63,096 nucleotides of DNA, taken from assembly GCA_949295265.1 (NCBI GenBank), contig CASFKR010000004.1:1-63096 (forward strand). Reading direction: 5' to 3'. Both the position numbers and the translations under genes were made by a program. The notes beneath the pieces are model-generated. The model saw only the letters and a program-made list of their open reading frames with translations. It was not told where the DNA came from and did no database searches. Positions 29,258 to 39,300 of the stretch are shown piece by piece (the first letter of the stretch is position 1; every line of letters starts with the position of its first letter). The DNA comes from an uncultured Verrucomicrobiota bacterium. Lineage in GTDB: Bacteria; Verrucomicrobiota; Kiritimatiellia; RFP12; UBA3636.

Positions 29258-29376
29258 GGCAGGGCGGAGGATTGCGCCGGTTTGGCGCGCGGACAGGCCA
29301 TACGCGACGGCAGCGGCGGTAAGCCTCCGTCTGCAATCACGCAGAAAGGGGGAATCGCTGAATCAGCCTGCGGAAC
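29258..29376. repeat. Direct-repeat copy B (core 29311-29376), immediately upstream of gspF
   Basis: See copy A. 60/66 identity over the core, plus the ggcagggcggaggattgcgc box at 29258-29277. Confidence 0.7.
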
Positions 29377-29397
29377 CCGAGTTTTGTCGATTTTCCG

Positions 29398-29426
29398 TTG
29401 TGTTCAGGCACCACTTATGATACACT
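29398..29426 (+). promoter_or_regulatory. Candidate promoter of the gspF-pseudopilin operon
   Basis: TTGTGT, 17 nt, then (TGa)TACACT, an extended -10-like box, about 45 nt upstream of the gspF ATG. Confidence 0.3.
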
Positions 29427-29472
29427 GCCACTGTTCCATATTCTCACCCACTTTCCGTCAGGATTTTTCTCT

Positions 29473-30729
29473 ATGCCCACTTTCAATTTCATGGCCAAGG
29501 ATGCCCATGGCTCCTCTCAGGAAGGGACGCTGGACGCCAAGGACATCAACGAGGCGAAAAAGATTCTCAAGCAGCATAACCTGACCCCGGTCTCCGTGAC
29601 GCCGGTCGGCGGCGTTGCGGCACCCAAGAAGAAGAGCGTGCTTGATATGAAGCTTGAGCTCAAGATGCCCGCCTTCCTGAGCCGCGTCAAGCCCAAGGAT
29701 CTGATGGTGCTCACGCGTCAGCTTGCCACGCTCGTGGAATCCGGTCTGCCGCTGTTGCGCGGCTTGCGCATCCTGACGAAGCAGACGAAGCATCCGGCGC
29801 TGCAACGCGTGCTGCAGGGGATGTGCGAGTCCGTCGAAGGCGGCTCGACCTTCTCCGAAGCGCTGGCGCAGTTTCCGAAGGTTTTCGACAACCTGTATAT
29901 CAATATGACGCGCGCGGGCGAAGCCGCCGGTTCGCTGGAGCAGTCGCTCAACCGTCTGGCCGAGTTCCTCGAAAAGGCGCAGAAAATCAAGAGCAAGGTC
30001 AAGAGCGCCATGACGTACCCGGTGGTCGTCCTGGTCGTCGCCCTTTCGCTCACGGGCTTTCTGATGGTGACGGTCATCCCGAAGTTCGAGACGCTCTTCA
30101 GCGACATGCTCGGCAAGAATGCGCGTCTTCCGCCCATTACCGAGTTCGTGGTGAACCTCTCGCACAGTTTTGCGGAATCGGCGGCGCCCATCATTCTGGC
30201 TGTGGTGCTGGTCATCGTGCTGTTCAAGATTCTCGGGCGGACGCGCGCCGGCAAGTACGCTTTTGACGCCGTCAAACTGCGGATCCCTGTCTTCGGCGAT
30301 GTCATCCGCAAATCCTCCATCGGCCGTTCCACGCGTACGCTCGGCACGCTCATGCAGTCCGGTGTCCCCGTGCTTCAGGCGCTCGACATCGTGCGCGACA
30401 CCGCAGGCAATGCGGTCATTGCCCGCGCTTTCCAGAATATTCATGACGCCGTCAAGGAAGGCGACAACATGACGCCCTCCATGGAGGCGAGCAAACAGTT
30501 CCCCGCCATGGTGGTCTCGATGGTCGATGTCGGAGAGGAAACGGGTGCACTCCCGGACATGCTCACGCGTATCGCCAACACCTACGATGGCGAAGTGGAT
30601 GATGCCGTGGATGCCATGACCTCCATCATCGAACCGTTGATGATCGTCGTCCTCGCTGTCATCGTCGGCACGGTGGTTATCGCCATGTTCCAGCCGCTGA
30701 CGGCCATCATCGGGCAGATGAGCGGCTAA
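29473..30729 (+). CDS. gspF: Type II secretion / type IV pilus platform protein (GspF/PilC family)
   Basis: 418 aa. Two T2SSF repeats, three TM segments, and the typical N-terminus MPTFNFMAKDAHGSSQEGTLDA... Confidence 0.85.
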   Translation: MPTFNFMAKDAHGSSQEGTLDAKDINEAKKILKQHNLTPVSVTPVGGVAAPKKKSVLDMKLELKMPAFLSRVKPKDLMVLTRQLATLVESGLPLLRGLRILTKQTKHPALQRVLQGMCESVEGGSTFSEALAQFPKVFDNLYINMTRAGEAAGSLEQSLNRLAEFLEKAQKIKSKVKSAMTYPVVVLVVALSLTGFLMVTVIPKFETLFSDMLGKNARLPPITEFVVNLSHSFAESAAPIILAVVLVIVLFKILGRTRAGKYAFDAVKLRIPVFGDVIRKSSIGRSTRTLGTLMQSGVPVLQALDIVRDTAGNAVIARAFQNIHDAVKEGDNMTPSMEASKQFPAMVVSMVDVGEETGALPDMLTRIANTYDGEVDDAVDAMTSIIEPLMIVVLAVIVGTVVIAMFQPLTAIIGQMSG

Positions 30730-30784
30730 GGCGCCGCCCGCCGCCCCACCGGTTGTTCCGCTCCGCATTTTCACTTTCGCTCCC

Positions 30785-31618
30785 ATGAAGAATAAAGGCT
30801 TTACCCTCATTGAGATGCTGATTGTCATCACCATCATCGTGCTGCTGGCCGGCATGGTGTTCCGGATGGTGGCGGGCATCGGCAAGAGCAACGACATCGC
30901 GAAAACGCGCGCGACCATCGAAAAGGTGGCCAACGCGATCGAGGAATTCCGTTCCATTTACGGAAAGTACCCGCCGGTGTCCGTCTATGAGGATGCGGGA
31001 CAGCCGGTCCGCTATGAGTTCCCCGGTCCGGGCACGTTCAATGCCACGTCGGGCGGCCTCATCACGCAGATTCTCAATGGCGACCGGCAGCATCGCATCC
31101 GGTGGTCAGCCAGCGCCGGCGATTCCAATACCGGGCGCATCTACACCTTCGGTCTGCTTTCCTTCCTGCTGCCCCGCTACTACGGGGCGGCGGAATACGG
31201 TCCGATTGAGTTCACGGGCGCCAACCCGAACGGGGGGACCCAGACCTCCGACAACGGGTTGACCCAGTGGGCCAATTTCAACAAGAAGGTCAACAGCCGT
31301 CCCGGCGATTCCGACCGCGATTTGGCGGCCTGCCGCCGCATCGTCCCGCACCTCGGCGGGCGCATCGGCGACGACAACCGCCCTGTGCAGTCCGGCAACA
31401 ACATCGGATGCGTCTGGGTAGATTACGTCTACGTCTCGCACATCAACACCGGTGCGAAGAGCGGCGTCATCACCAACCGCGCGTATCGCGTGATGGATGC
31501 CTGGGACCGCGATCTGTACTACCGCTCGCTTCCGCCCTACGACTCCTACCGCATCTGGTCCGCCGGACCCGACGGGAAGAGCGGCACGGCGGATGACATC
31601 GTCGCGGGCGTGTACTGA
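30785..31618 (+). CDS. Enlarged GspG-like pseudopilin (277 aa)
   Basis: Class III signal MKNKG|FTLIEMLIVITIIVLLAG. The C-terminus DAWDRDLYYRS...YRIWSAGPDGKSGTADDIV resembles the GspG DPWGxxY...SxGxDG motif, with about 130 extra aa in between. Confidence 0.8.
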   Translation: MKNKGFTLIEMLIVITIIVLLAGMVFRMVAGIGKSNDIAKTRATIEKVANAIEEFRSIYGKYPPVSVYEDAGQPVRYEFPGPGTFNATSGGLITQILNGDRQHRIRWSASAGDSNTGRIYTFGLLSFLLPRYYGAAEYGPIEFTGANPNGGTQTSDNGLTQWANFNKKVNSRPGDSDRDLAACRRIVPHLGGRIGDDNRPVQSGNNIGCVWVDYVYVSHINTGAKSGVITNRAYRVMDAWDRDLYYRSLPPYDSYRIWSAGPDGKSGTADDIVAGVY

Positions 31619-31725
31619 GCTTTCCTTCTCTGCTGCGTTGTTCCTGCTTCCCGTTTCTCTGTTTCCGTTTCTGTTCCGTCTGACCCGGTCGGCACCGGTG
31701 CCGACGTCTGCCAATCTCCCTTTCC

Positions 31726-32493
31726 ATGAATCGCAAAGGCTTCACCCTCATCGAAATGCTCACGGTCATTTCCGTCCTGGGCATTTTGATGGCATTGCTG
31801 TTCCCGGCGTATTCCCGCGTCCAGAAAACGGCCCGCAACGTTGCCGCCACGGATTTGTGCAACCAGGTGGCGGCGGCCTGGGCCAATCTGCAGCTGGACA
31901 ACGGCCGCTACCCCTCGCGCGCGCTCCTCAACAGCCAGGCGGATTACGATGCAGGCGTTTCCGCCGCCGGCGGCGACGGCATCTACAAGATGTCTCCGCG
32001 CATGACCTCCCTCCTGAACTGGTGGGTGGCACCGGGACCGCTCGACGGTGCCGACGCCAAGGCGTACAAACCCACCTACGCGATTTCCGGCGGCGGTGCA
32101 ACGGCGGGTTCCGCACTGCCGACCTCCATTGCCAGCTACGGCGACAACTGCGAGCTATGGCCCGCCGATACGCGCCTCGAGCGCTCCTTCCTCCAGAAGA
32201 AATTCGGCATGTTCACCTCGTGGGTGGAGCGCCATCTCGTCGATGACGACGGCAATCCGCTCACATCGTACGACGCCCAGTACGTCCGGGATACCGGCAA
32301 GAAGTCCAACGATTCCGAAAAGGCCTGGGGCTATGGCTTCGTCTGGGTCATTCTCGATCTCGACGGCGACGGCAAGGTGACCATTCCCGGCGAATTTACG
32401 CGCGACGGCTCGGACCTCGAGCTTCCCGCGACATCCGCCGCCTGGGTCTACGATGAGGACCGCGAAAAGGTCCTCTGCTCCTGGCAGCCGTAA
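31726..32493 (+). CDS. Prepilin-type N-terminal methylation-domain protein (255 aa pseudopilin)
   Basis: MNRKG|FTLIEMLTVISVLGILMA, and an LDLDGDGKV (DxDxDG Ca-binding-like) motif near the C-terminus. Confidence 0.8.
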   Translation: MNRKGFTLIEMLTVISVLGILMALLFPAYSRVQKTARNVAATDLCNQVAAAWANLQLDNGRYPSRALLNSQADYDAGVSAAGGDGIYKMSPRMTSLLNWWVAPGPLDGADAKAYKPTYAISGGGATAGSALPTSIASYGDNCELWPADTRLERSFLQKKFGMFTSWVERHLVDDDGNPLTSYDAQYVRDTGKKSNDSEKAWGYGFVWVILDLDGDGKVTIPGEFTRDGSDLELPATSAAWVYDEDREKVLCSWQP

Positions 32494-32565
32494 GCCCGCC
32501 TGTCCCGCCCGTCGCCCCCGCTTTCTTTCTCCGTCCGCGAATCCTTCCGCAGCATCTCCCTTTCC

Positions 32566-33330
32566 ATGAAATCCCGTCACGGCTTCACCATCATTGAACT
32601 GCTCGTCGTCATCGGCATCATCGGCATTCTCGCCGGACTGCTTTCGTCGGCGGTTCTTAATCAGATCAATACGGCCCGCAATGCGAAGAACAAGAACGAT
32701 GCGGCCCTCCTGCAAAGCGCCTGCATGGAGTATTACCACGACATGAAGCGCTGGCCCATCCCGACTTCCTACGTGAAGGCGAACCTCAAGCGCACGAAGA
32801 CGGGCACCGATCGGGTTGCCGGCTCCTCCGATACCGTGGACATCTACTCCTACAAGCTCGATTTCGAGGAGAACAACAACATCGTCATCAAGGAGCTCCT
32901 CGACGCGAGGCTGCCCGACGGCACGGACAAATGCTTCCTGAACCTCAAGGGCTTTCTCACGCCGGAATCCTCCGGGCTGGGCGAAAAGGATTATCCGTGC
33001 GCGCAGATGACCGATGCGCTGCTCGTGACCCGCGGGGAGGCGACCTACTCCGACCCGGCGGAGTCCAATTACGGCTCCAAGATTCCCAAGCGCGACGACC
33101 CCGTGCTCGTCTACCGCGCGGAGTTCATCGTCTGCCCGTATTGCGACCGCGCCTACACGAAAAACGCGGACCGCCGCTACTGCAACAACAACGAATGCTC
33201 CTACTACAGGAGCAACCACGACTATTACCGCTTCTCGGCCAAGGAGCGCCGCCGCACCTCTTCGCGCGGTGTGCCGTTCCGTTTTACGTTCGATTTCAAC
33301 AACAACGTGTGCATCGTCTCCGCCGATTGA
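32566..33330 (+). CDS. Prepilin-type pseudopilin (254 aa) with a C-terminal four-Cys cluster
   Basis: MKSRHG|FTIIELLVVIGIIGILAG, and the C-terminal CPYC-x12-CNNNEC cluster. Confidence 0.8.
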   Translation: MKSRHGFTIIELLVVIGIIGILAGLLSSAVLNQINTARNAKNKNDAALLQSACMEYYHDMKRWPIPTSYVKANLKRTKTGTDRVAGSSDTVDIYSYKLDFEENNNIVIKELLDARLPDGTDKCFLNLKGFLTPESSGLGEKDYPCAQMTDALLVTRGEATYSDPAESNYGSKIPKRDDPVLVYRAEFIVCPYCDRAYTKNADRRYCNNNECSYYRSNHDYYRFSAKERRRTSSRGVPFRFTFDFNNNVCIVSAD

Positions 33331-33378
33331 CCGGCGGCGCGGCATCTGCGTTCAACCCGCTTTTTCCTTCCCCCTGCC

Positions 33379-34197
33379 ATGGCGTCTTCCCAAACTTCCC
33401 GCGAAGGCTTCACCCTGCTTGAGCTCATCGCCGTGATTGGCATCATCGCCATCATGTCGGTGCTCGTCGTGGGCGGCTTTAACGGCATTCTCAAGGCCTT
33501 CGGCGAAACGGCCGGCGCCGATTCCGTGCGCCGCTCCATCATGCTGGCCCGCCAGCAGGCGTGCGTCGATGGCGAGCATATGTACTTCCAGCTGACGGGC
33601 TACAACACCTACTGCATCGTGCGCCGCGCCGGCACCATCACCGAGCGCGCCCACAAGAGCAAGAAGCCCCTCAACGAGAATCTCAATCTCTACTGGATTT
33701 CCGATGACTACGCGAGCACTGCGGACGGTCTTTCCGGGCTCACGGATCTCTCCGGCTTCAGCAACCAGGACCAGCACGCCATCTGGGATGATTACGTCGA
33801 GCGTTTCTCGGAGATGAAGGTCTACGACATGACGGCTCACGTCGCGTCCGAAATCGAGTGCCCGATGTTCTACGACAGCGAGGACGACACCTGGTCCTTC
33901 GCCATCACCTCCGAGGCGTACTCCAGGGGCTTCAGAGAGGGCAACGATTACGGCTGGGTTGTCTCCCCGGAGCAGTCGCTTCCCAAAGGCATGGTCTTCG
34001 AAGGCACCTATTCGGCCGCCTCCGGCGAAGTCAATGAGAGTGCCATCGAAGACAGCTTCATCCATTTCCTTCCCGACGGTTCGGTCGATCAGTCCAACGG
34101 CACGCGGACCTATAAAATCATCGATCCGACGACCGGTCGCGGCGCCGAGCTTGCTGTGGACGGCAAGGGGAACGTCACCATTTCCACCATCAAATAA
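33379..34197 (+). CDS. GspH-like pseudopilin (272 aa)
   Basis: MASSQTSREG|FTLLELIAVIGIIAIMS, followed by ...ADSVRRSIMLARQQA..., which resembles GspH/FimT N-domains. Confidence 0.7.
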   Translation: MASSQTSREGFTLLELIAVIGIIAIMSVLVVGGFNGILKAFGETAGADSVRRSIMLARQQACVDGEHMYFQLTGYNTYCIVRRAGTITERAHKSKKPLNENLNLYWISDDYASTADGLSGLTDLSGFSNQDQHAIWDDYVERFSEMKVYDMTAHVASEIECPMFYDSEDDTWSFAITSEAYSRGFREGNDYGWVVSPEQSLPKGMVFEGTYSAASGEVNESAIEDSFIHFLPDGSVDQSNGTRTYKIIDPTTGRGAELAVDGKGNVTISTIK

Positions 34198-34269
34198 GCG
34201 GCGCCGGGCGGGCGCCGCTTCCGAAACGATTTTGCTGGCATGAACTTTTGCATTCCATCTCTCCTGCGC

Positions 34270-34959
34270 ATGCGCCGACGCCCGGCTGCGCGCCGTCAGG
34301 GTGGCTTCAGCCTGATTGAAGTCAACATGGCGCTGCTCGTCGCGGCGGGCGGCATGCTGTCGATTTTCGGCGTCTTCCCGGGCGCCCTCCGGCAAAGCAT
34401 GAATGCCCAGGCGGATACGGTTCAGGTGACGTTCGCCTCGTCCCTGCTCGAGACCATCTCCGCCAATGTGCGCGCCATCGACGACATTGCCATCTGGAAC
34501 GATCCCGGCTCGTGGTGGCAGGTCGCCGTCAACGACACCGGCATTGACACCAGCCTCATGGGGATGTCCTCTTTCCGGAGCAGCAGCCGGTTTTCCGAAA
34601 TGACGCGCACGATTGTCGAGGACTACACATCGGCCGATTTCGGCAATGACGAGCCCTGCCAGGTCTGGTACGTCGGCGAGGAGGAGGAAGAGGCGCCTTC
34701 CATCCCCAATTCCAACCGGCTCATCACTCCGGCGCAGTACCTCATCCGCGTCGTGCGCATCTTGCGGCCGCTCCGCGAGGTGACGAGCAATTCCGCCAAT
34801 GCGGACGACCCGGCGAACCTCAATACGTCGGAGGACGACACAACCATCCTTCCGCATCGCTACATCGTCACCGTCGTTTCCACGGATCAGGCTTTCCCCG
34901 CAACGTACATCCGCGAGCAGGTCTTTTCGCAGGAATTCTCCTTCCTCCACCGCCCGTGA
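34270..34959 (+). CDS. GspI-like minor pseudopilin (about 229 aa)
   Basis: MRRRPAARRQGG|FSLIEVNMALLVAAGGML. An alternative ATG at 34240 gives a 22-aa leader. Confidence 0.7.
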   Translation: MRRRPAARRQGGFSLIEVNMALLVAAGGMLSIFGVFPGALRQSMNAQADTVQVTFASSLLETISANVRAIDDIAIWNDPGSWWQVAVNDTGIDTSLMGMSSFRSSSRFSEMTRTIVEDYTSADFGNDEPCQVWYVGEEEEEAPSIPNSNRLITPAQYLIRVVRILRPLREVTSNSANADDPANLNTSEDDTTILPHRYIVTVVSTDQAFPATYIREQVFSQEFSFLHRP

Positions 34960-35024
34960 TGGCCGTTTCGCATTTCTCTTTCATCCTTTCCGACCGCCGG
35001 AAGCGGCGGACGAACCTTTCCCGC

Positions 35025-35765
35025 ATGAAAATCAAACAGGGCATTCAACAGGGCTTTACGCTGATTGAGGTCATGGTCGCAACCGCCGTGCTGCTTATCA
35101 TGATCGTCATGATCGGCACCCTCTTTACGCAGTCCTCTTCGGCCTGGGACGCCGGCTATGCGCGGGCGGAAGGCGGCATGATTGTGCGCGGCGTTGTGGG
35201 CGCCATCACGCGCGACATGAATACGCTCATCGACGGGCGCCCCTTCGGGCAGTTCGGCGATCAGCCGCTCGAGCTGTCCGACTCCTCGCTCTCCTTTGTG
35301 TGCCTCAAGAACAATGAGGATACCGATGAGCGGGAGCCCCGTCTCATTGAATACACCGCCGGTTCTTCCGTGGTGCGCACAGAGTATGCGCTGACGCGCA
35401 CCGGATCCTCCACGCCCGCTTCATGGAGCAGAAGGCAGCTTTCTTCCACAACGCTGCACGACAACGGCAACACCTCCAACGACCAGATGGGCAACTCGTA
35501 TGCCGCCAGCTTCAAGTTTGTGCCGGTCGAAAAGCCCGCGGACAACCTGATCTACAGCGGCAATACGCAGAAACGCACCTCCTTCGAGAATACCGGCGAG
35601 TTCAAAGACAAGATTGCCTGGCAGGATGTCATCGGCGTCAAAATCCGTCTGGAACTGACGCGCACCGGGTCGTACTCCTCGCTGGAGGTCAAATCGCTCG
35701 GGCCGGATGGCGAGGACAATTCGAGCTCGTCTTCCACGAAGAAGGACGACATCATCATCCGCTGA
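35025..35765 (+). CDS. GspJ-like minor pseudopilin (about 246 aa)
   Basis: MKIKQGIQQG|FTLIEVMVATAVLLIMIVMIG...SSSAWDAGY, a PulJ-type N-terminus. Confidence 0.7.
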   Translation: MKIKQGIQQGFTLIEVMVATAVLLIMIVMIGTLFTQSSSAWDAGYARAEGGMIVRGVVGAITRDMNTLIDGRPFGQFGDQPLELSDSSLSFVCLKNNEDTDEREPRLIEYTAGSSVVRTEYALTRTGSSTPASWSRRQLSSTTLHDNGNTSNDQMGNSYAASFKFVPVEKPADNLIYSGNTQKRTSFENTGEFKDKIAWQDVIGVKIRLELTRTGSYSSLEVKSLGPDGEDNSSSSSTKKDDIIIR

Positions 35766-35784
35766 GGACGCAGGGATTTCCGAC

Positions 35785-36318
35785 ATGAATCGTGACAAGG
35801 ACAACATTTCGGGCCGGGCTTCCGGGCGGAGCGGCTTCACGCTGGTGGAACTGCTCGGCGTGGCGGCCATCATCGGGATTCTGATGGGGCTGGCGGGCGG
35901 TGCCGCCGTCGCCGCGCGCAACCGCGCCTACGTCGCCACGGCAACCACCGAGGCGCAGCAGGTCTGCGCCGCCATCAAGGCATACTGGAACGCCTACCGC
36001 ACCTTCCCGAACTTCTCCGGCTCGTCGGAGAACGGGTATACGCTCCTGACCAAGTCCAATCTGGCGCCGCTCATCGGGGAGTCCGGCAACCGCTCCGCCA
36101 TGCTCAACATTCCGCCGGACCGCTTCGAGGGTGACAATGAGGCGTTCTGCGACCCGTGGGGCAACGCCTATCGCGTCAAGCTCGAAACCCCGACGGAGGT
36201 CGAGGCCGATTCCGCTTTCGAGGGCGTCATCAGCTTTCCGGCCCAATACCGCTATTTCTGTGAGGACGGCATCTACGATGAGGATTTTCGCTGGAATGAC
36301 CGCCTCTGGGAGCCCTGA
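35785..36318 (+). CDS. gspG: GspG-type major pseudopilin (177 aa)
   Basis: Leader ...GRSG|FTLVELLGVAAIIGILMG, and a canonical-looking CDPWGNAYRV motif. Confidence 0.8.
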   Translation: MNRDKDNISGRASGRSGFTLVELLGVAAIIGILMGLAGGAAVAARNRAYVATATTEAQQVCAAIKAYWNAYRTFPNFSGSSENGYTLLTKSNLAPLIGESGNRSAMLNIPPDRFEGDNEAFCDPWGNAYRVKLETPTEVEADSAFEGVISFPAQYRYFCEDGIYDEDFRWNDRLWEP

Positions 36319-36368
36319 TGCTTCCTCCGCTCCCTGGTTGAACCGATTTGCAGCCTGCTAACCCGACT

Positions 36369-39300
36369 ATGAAAAACAGACAATCCGAAGGTTCTGCACT
36401 GGTTGTCGTGCTCGGCATCCTCTCCGTGATGATGCTGATGGCCATCGCCTTTTCCATGTTCACCCGGACGGAACGTTCGGGCACCACCAATCTCAAGAAT
36501 TCCTTTGTTGCGCGCCAGAGCCTTCAGACGGCGCTTTCCCGCGCGCTGGAGGCCGTCGACCTGTCGTTCGACAATCCGTCCAACAACTGGGCCGTCCCGG
36601 TCTGGCGGGAGCCGTATCTGGCCTCTTCGAGCGAAGCCTCCGACGACTATTTCCATTCGCGGCAGCTCGACAATAATGAGAATGCCGAAGCGAAGATTCT
36701 CAATGCGGAGATGGCCGCGTGCCTGACGCCCGCGCAGCTCGCGCTGGTGCGCTCGGCCGATGTCCAGTGGGCTCCCATTTACGCCTCCATCGGCGCCAAG
36801 GGGCGCGTCCACGGCACGAGCAGCGGCATCTACGGCGAAGAAGGCCGCGTGGCCGATGATGCGCTCATCGGGCGCTACGCCTTTGTCGTGCTGGATACCA
36901 CGGGTCTGCTCGACATGAACAAAGCCGGGTACGACCAGGACAGCGGTGCCCGCGAGGATACCTCCGGCGAGGATCCCTCTGCGTTCATTCTGCCCACGCG
37001 CACCTCCACGGATTATCCGCTCTCCATGCGGAACGCGAAAGAATTTCTCGCCGGGCGCAGAAAAGCCGGGTCTTTCTTCTCCACGGCGGACATGATTTCC
37101 TGGACCGCCCTGCAGGATTGCGACCGCCTCGGCATCAAGAAGGGCGACTATCCTTCGATGGCGTTTCTCTACCCCGGCGACAGCGACCGGTTGCAGAATT
37201 CCTGCAAGGGCACCGCCGATGACGGCCCCTATTTCCCGGCCGACCTCTTTTCGGGCGTGACCACTTCGCTCGATGAAATCACGCCGGAAGGGCACCCGAA
37301 AATTCCGTTGCCCGATCAGGACGAAATCGACAGCTGGGACAGCGGGCAGAAGCGCAACTTCGCCCGCCGCACGCTGGGTGCCATGACGCGCATTTTCGCC
37401 CGCTCCCGTTCCGAAAACCGCAGATCCGGCACCGAACGTGCCGCCGCCGAGGACAACAACGGCAATTACGAGCCCAAGTACCGCTTCTTCCCGAACAAGA
37501 ACAGCTACGAGGTTTCGCGGCCCCGCCTCGCGACCGTTGCGCTTCTCGACGCCCTCGATGATGATTCGGTGCCCGGGCAGTGGGGCTCGTTCAACGCCTG
37601 GCAGGATCTCGATGAGATTTCCGATCTGCCGCTTCTGCTCGAAGACGGCACGTTTGCCTCGGTGGACGACCCGTTCTCCGCGCCGGTCAGCATCCGCGGC
37701 AATCCGCTGAATTTCCCGATGACGGAGCCGGCTCCCGCGCTTTCCATGACGTGGGCCTTCATGAATAAGAAGGGCGGCGCCACCTACGGCACCGATGGAG
37801 TTGGCGGGATCCGCGATGACATCGAAGGTTCCGGACATGTGGAAGGCGATCCGGTCGGCGATGCCTGCGCTCAGGTTTATAAGCAGATCGAGTTCGAGGC
37901 GAAGGTCGGCGCCAGTGCGCGTCTCTCCTTTGCCGATGCGCGCAACATCCCCGGCATCACGATGGATATGTCGTATGACATTCTTCTTTCCAATCCGGAG
38001 CCGGGCTCCGTTTCGAAAATCAGCAGGGACGATACATCGCTGATTGAATACCTCAACTGGGGCGGAACGAGCGTGCGCGATCCCAAGAAAATCTACTGGG
38101 AGGTTCTCCACAACGGCGCGTGGAATGCGCTCTTCGATCTGGACAACAACTACATCTCCGGCAGTAAGAAGGACAACTCCGGAAACTGGGTGCTGATTTC
38201 CCGCGGCTTCGGCGTCGAGGACACCAAGCAGTTCCGCGTCCGTTGCTATGCGAAGGATTGGCCCAAACAGGCGGAGGACGGCACCTGGGTCGGCACCTGG
38301 CAGTTCTACGAGCCGACGCTGTTCGAGGAAGATCCCTCCCAGACGCCGAATGCCAACGCCACGGACGTCTACCTTCCCGTTCGCATGAAGGTGACGATTT
38401 CCAACAAGGACGGGGATATTCAGCAGGTCCCGGCACCCGCGCTTGATGATGGAGATAAGTCCTACTGGATCCGGATGAACATGGGCATCGTCCATACTTC
38501 CGGCACGGAAACCCACGTCAAGAACCCGAACGGCTCCAAAGGCGGGCTCTCCGTCGGCTGGGCCATGTGCGCGGCTCCTTACTTTGCATTCGACACGTCT
38601 TCGCTCTATACGGATACCCGTCAGGGGCAGTCTTCCTACCCGGAAGGCATGCTTGTGTGGATGAACGATTTCGTCTGCCGCTCCATGGGTGAAAAGTGGA
38701 CCGACGACCTGATCAAGAAGATGGATGAGGACGGTGAGAGCGCCGCGAACGACATGATGACCTTCGGCGGTCAGGCGGCTCCGCGCTTCAATATTCTGCA
38801 GCAGGATTACCTCTTCAGCGCAGAGTACAACGAAATGCCGTTCACCTCCTGGACGATGCACCGCGGCAAAACCTGTCCGGACATGGCGCACACGCTCGTT
38901 TCCGGCGATCAGGATACGCAGCTCGGCGAGCAGGATCAGGCCGGCAGTTCCTTCTTCTCGCTCAACGAGCTCATGGACCGCGAGATGCCCAACGGTGCCT
39001 TTCTGTCGCTCGGTGAGCTGGGCGGCGTCTCCTGCGGTCCGTATGAGACGCTCTCGCTGTTCCAGACGTTCCGCTGGACGCAGGACATGGTTAACGGCGA
39101 TTTCCACCGCGTCTTCGACTACTTCACGCTCACGAAGCAGCGCGCCCCGGATGCGAAGAATATCGAACTCAATTCCACCACGTACGATCCCACGGCGAAT
39201 GCCGTTCAGTTTCCCGCCGTTCACAACGGTCGGGTGAACCTCAATGCGCCGCAGCTCGTGTATTACGAGGATACCGTCCCGCCCCGTGCAACGGTGGATG

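Noticed and set aside
28890-29420. Small ORFs (88-160 aa, both strands) in the right arm of the low-GC islet
   Set aside because: They have no recognisable motifs, overlap one another and overlap the terminator palindrome and repeat copy B. They are treated as non-coding.
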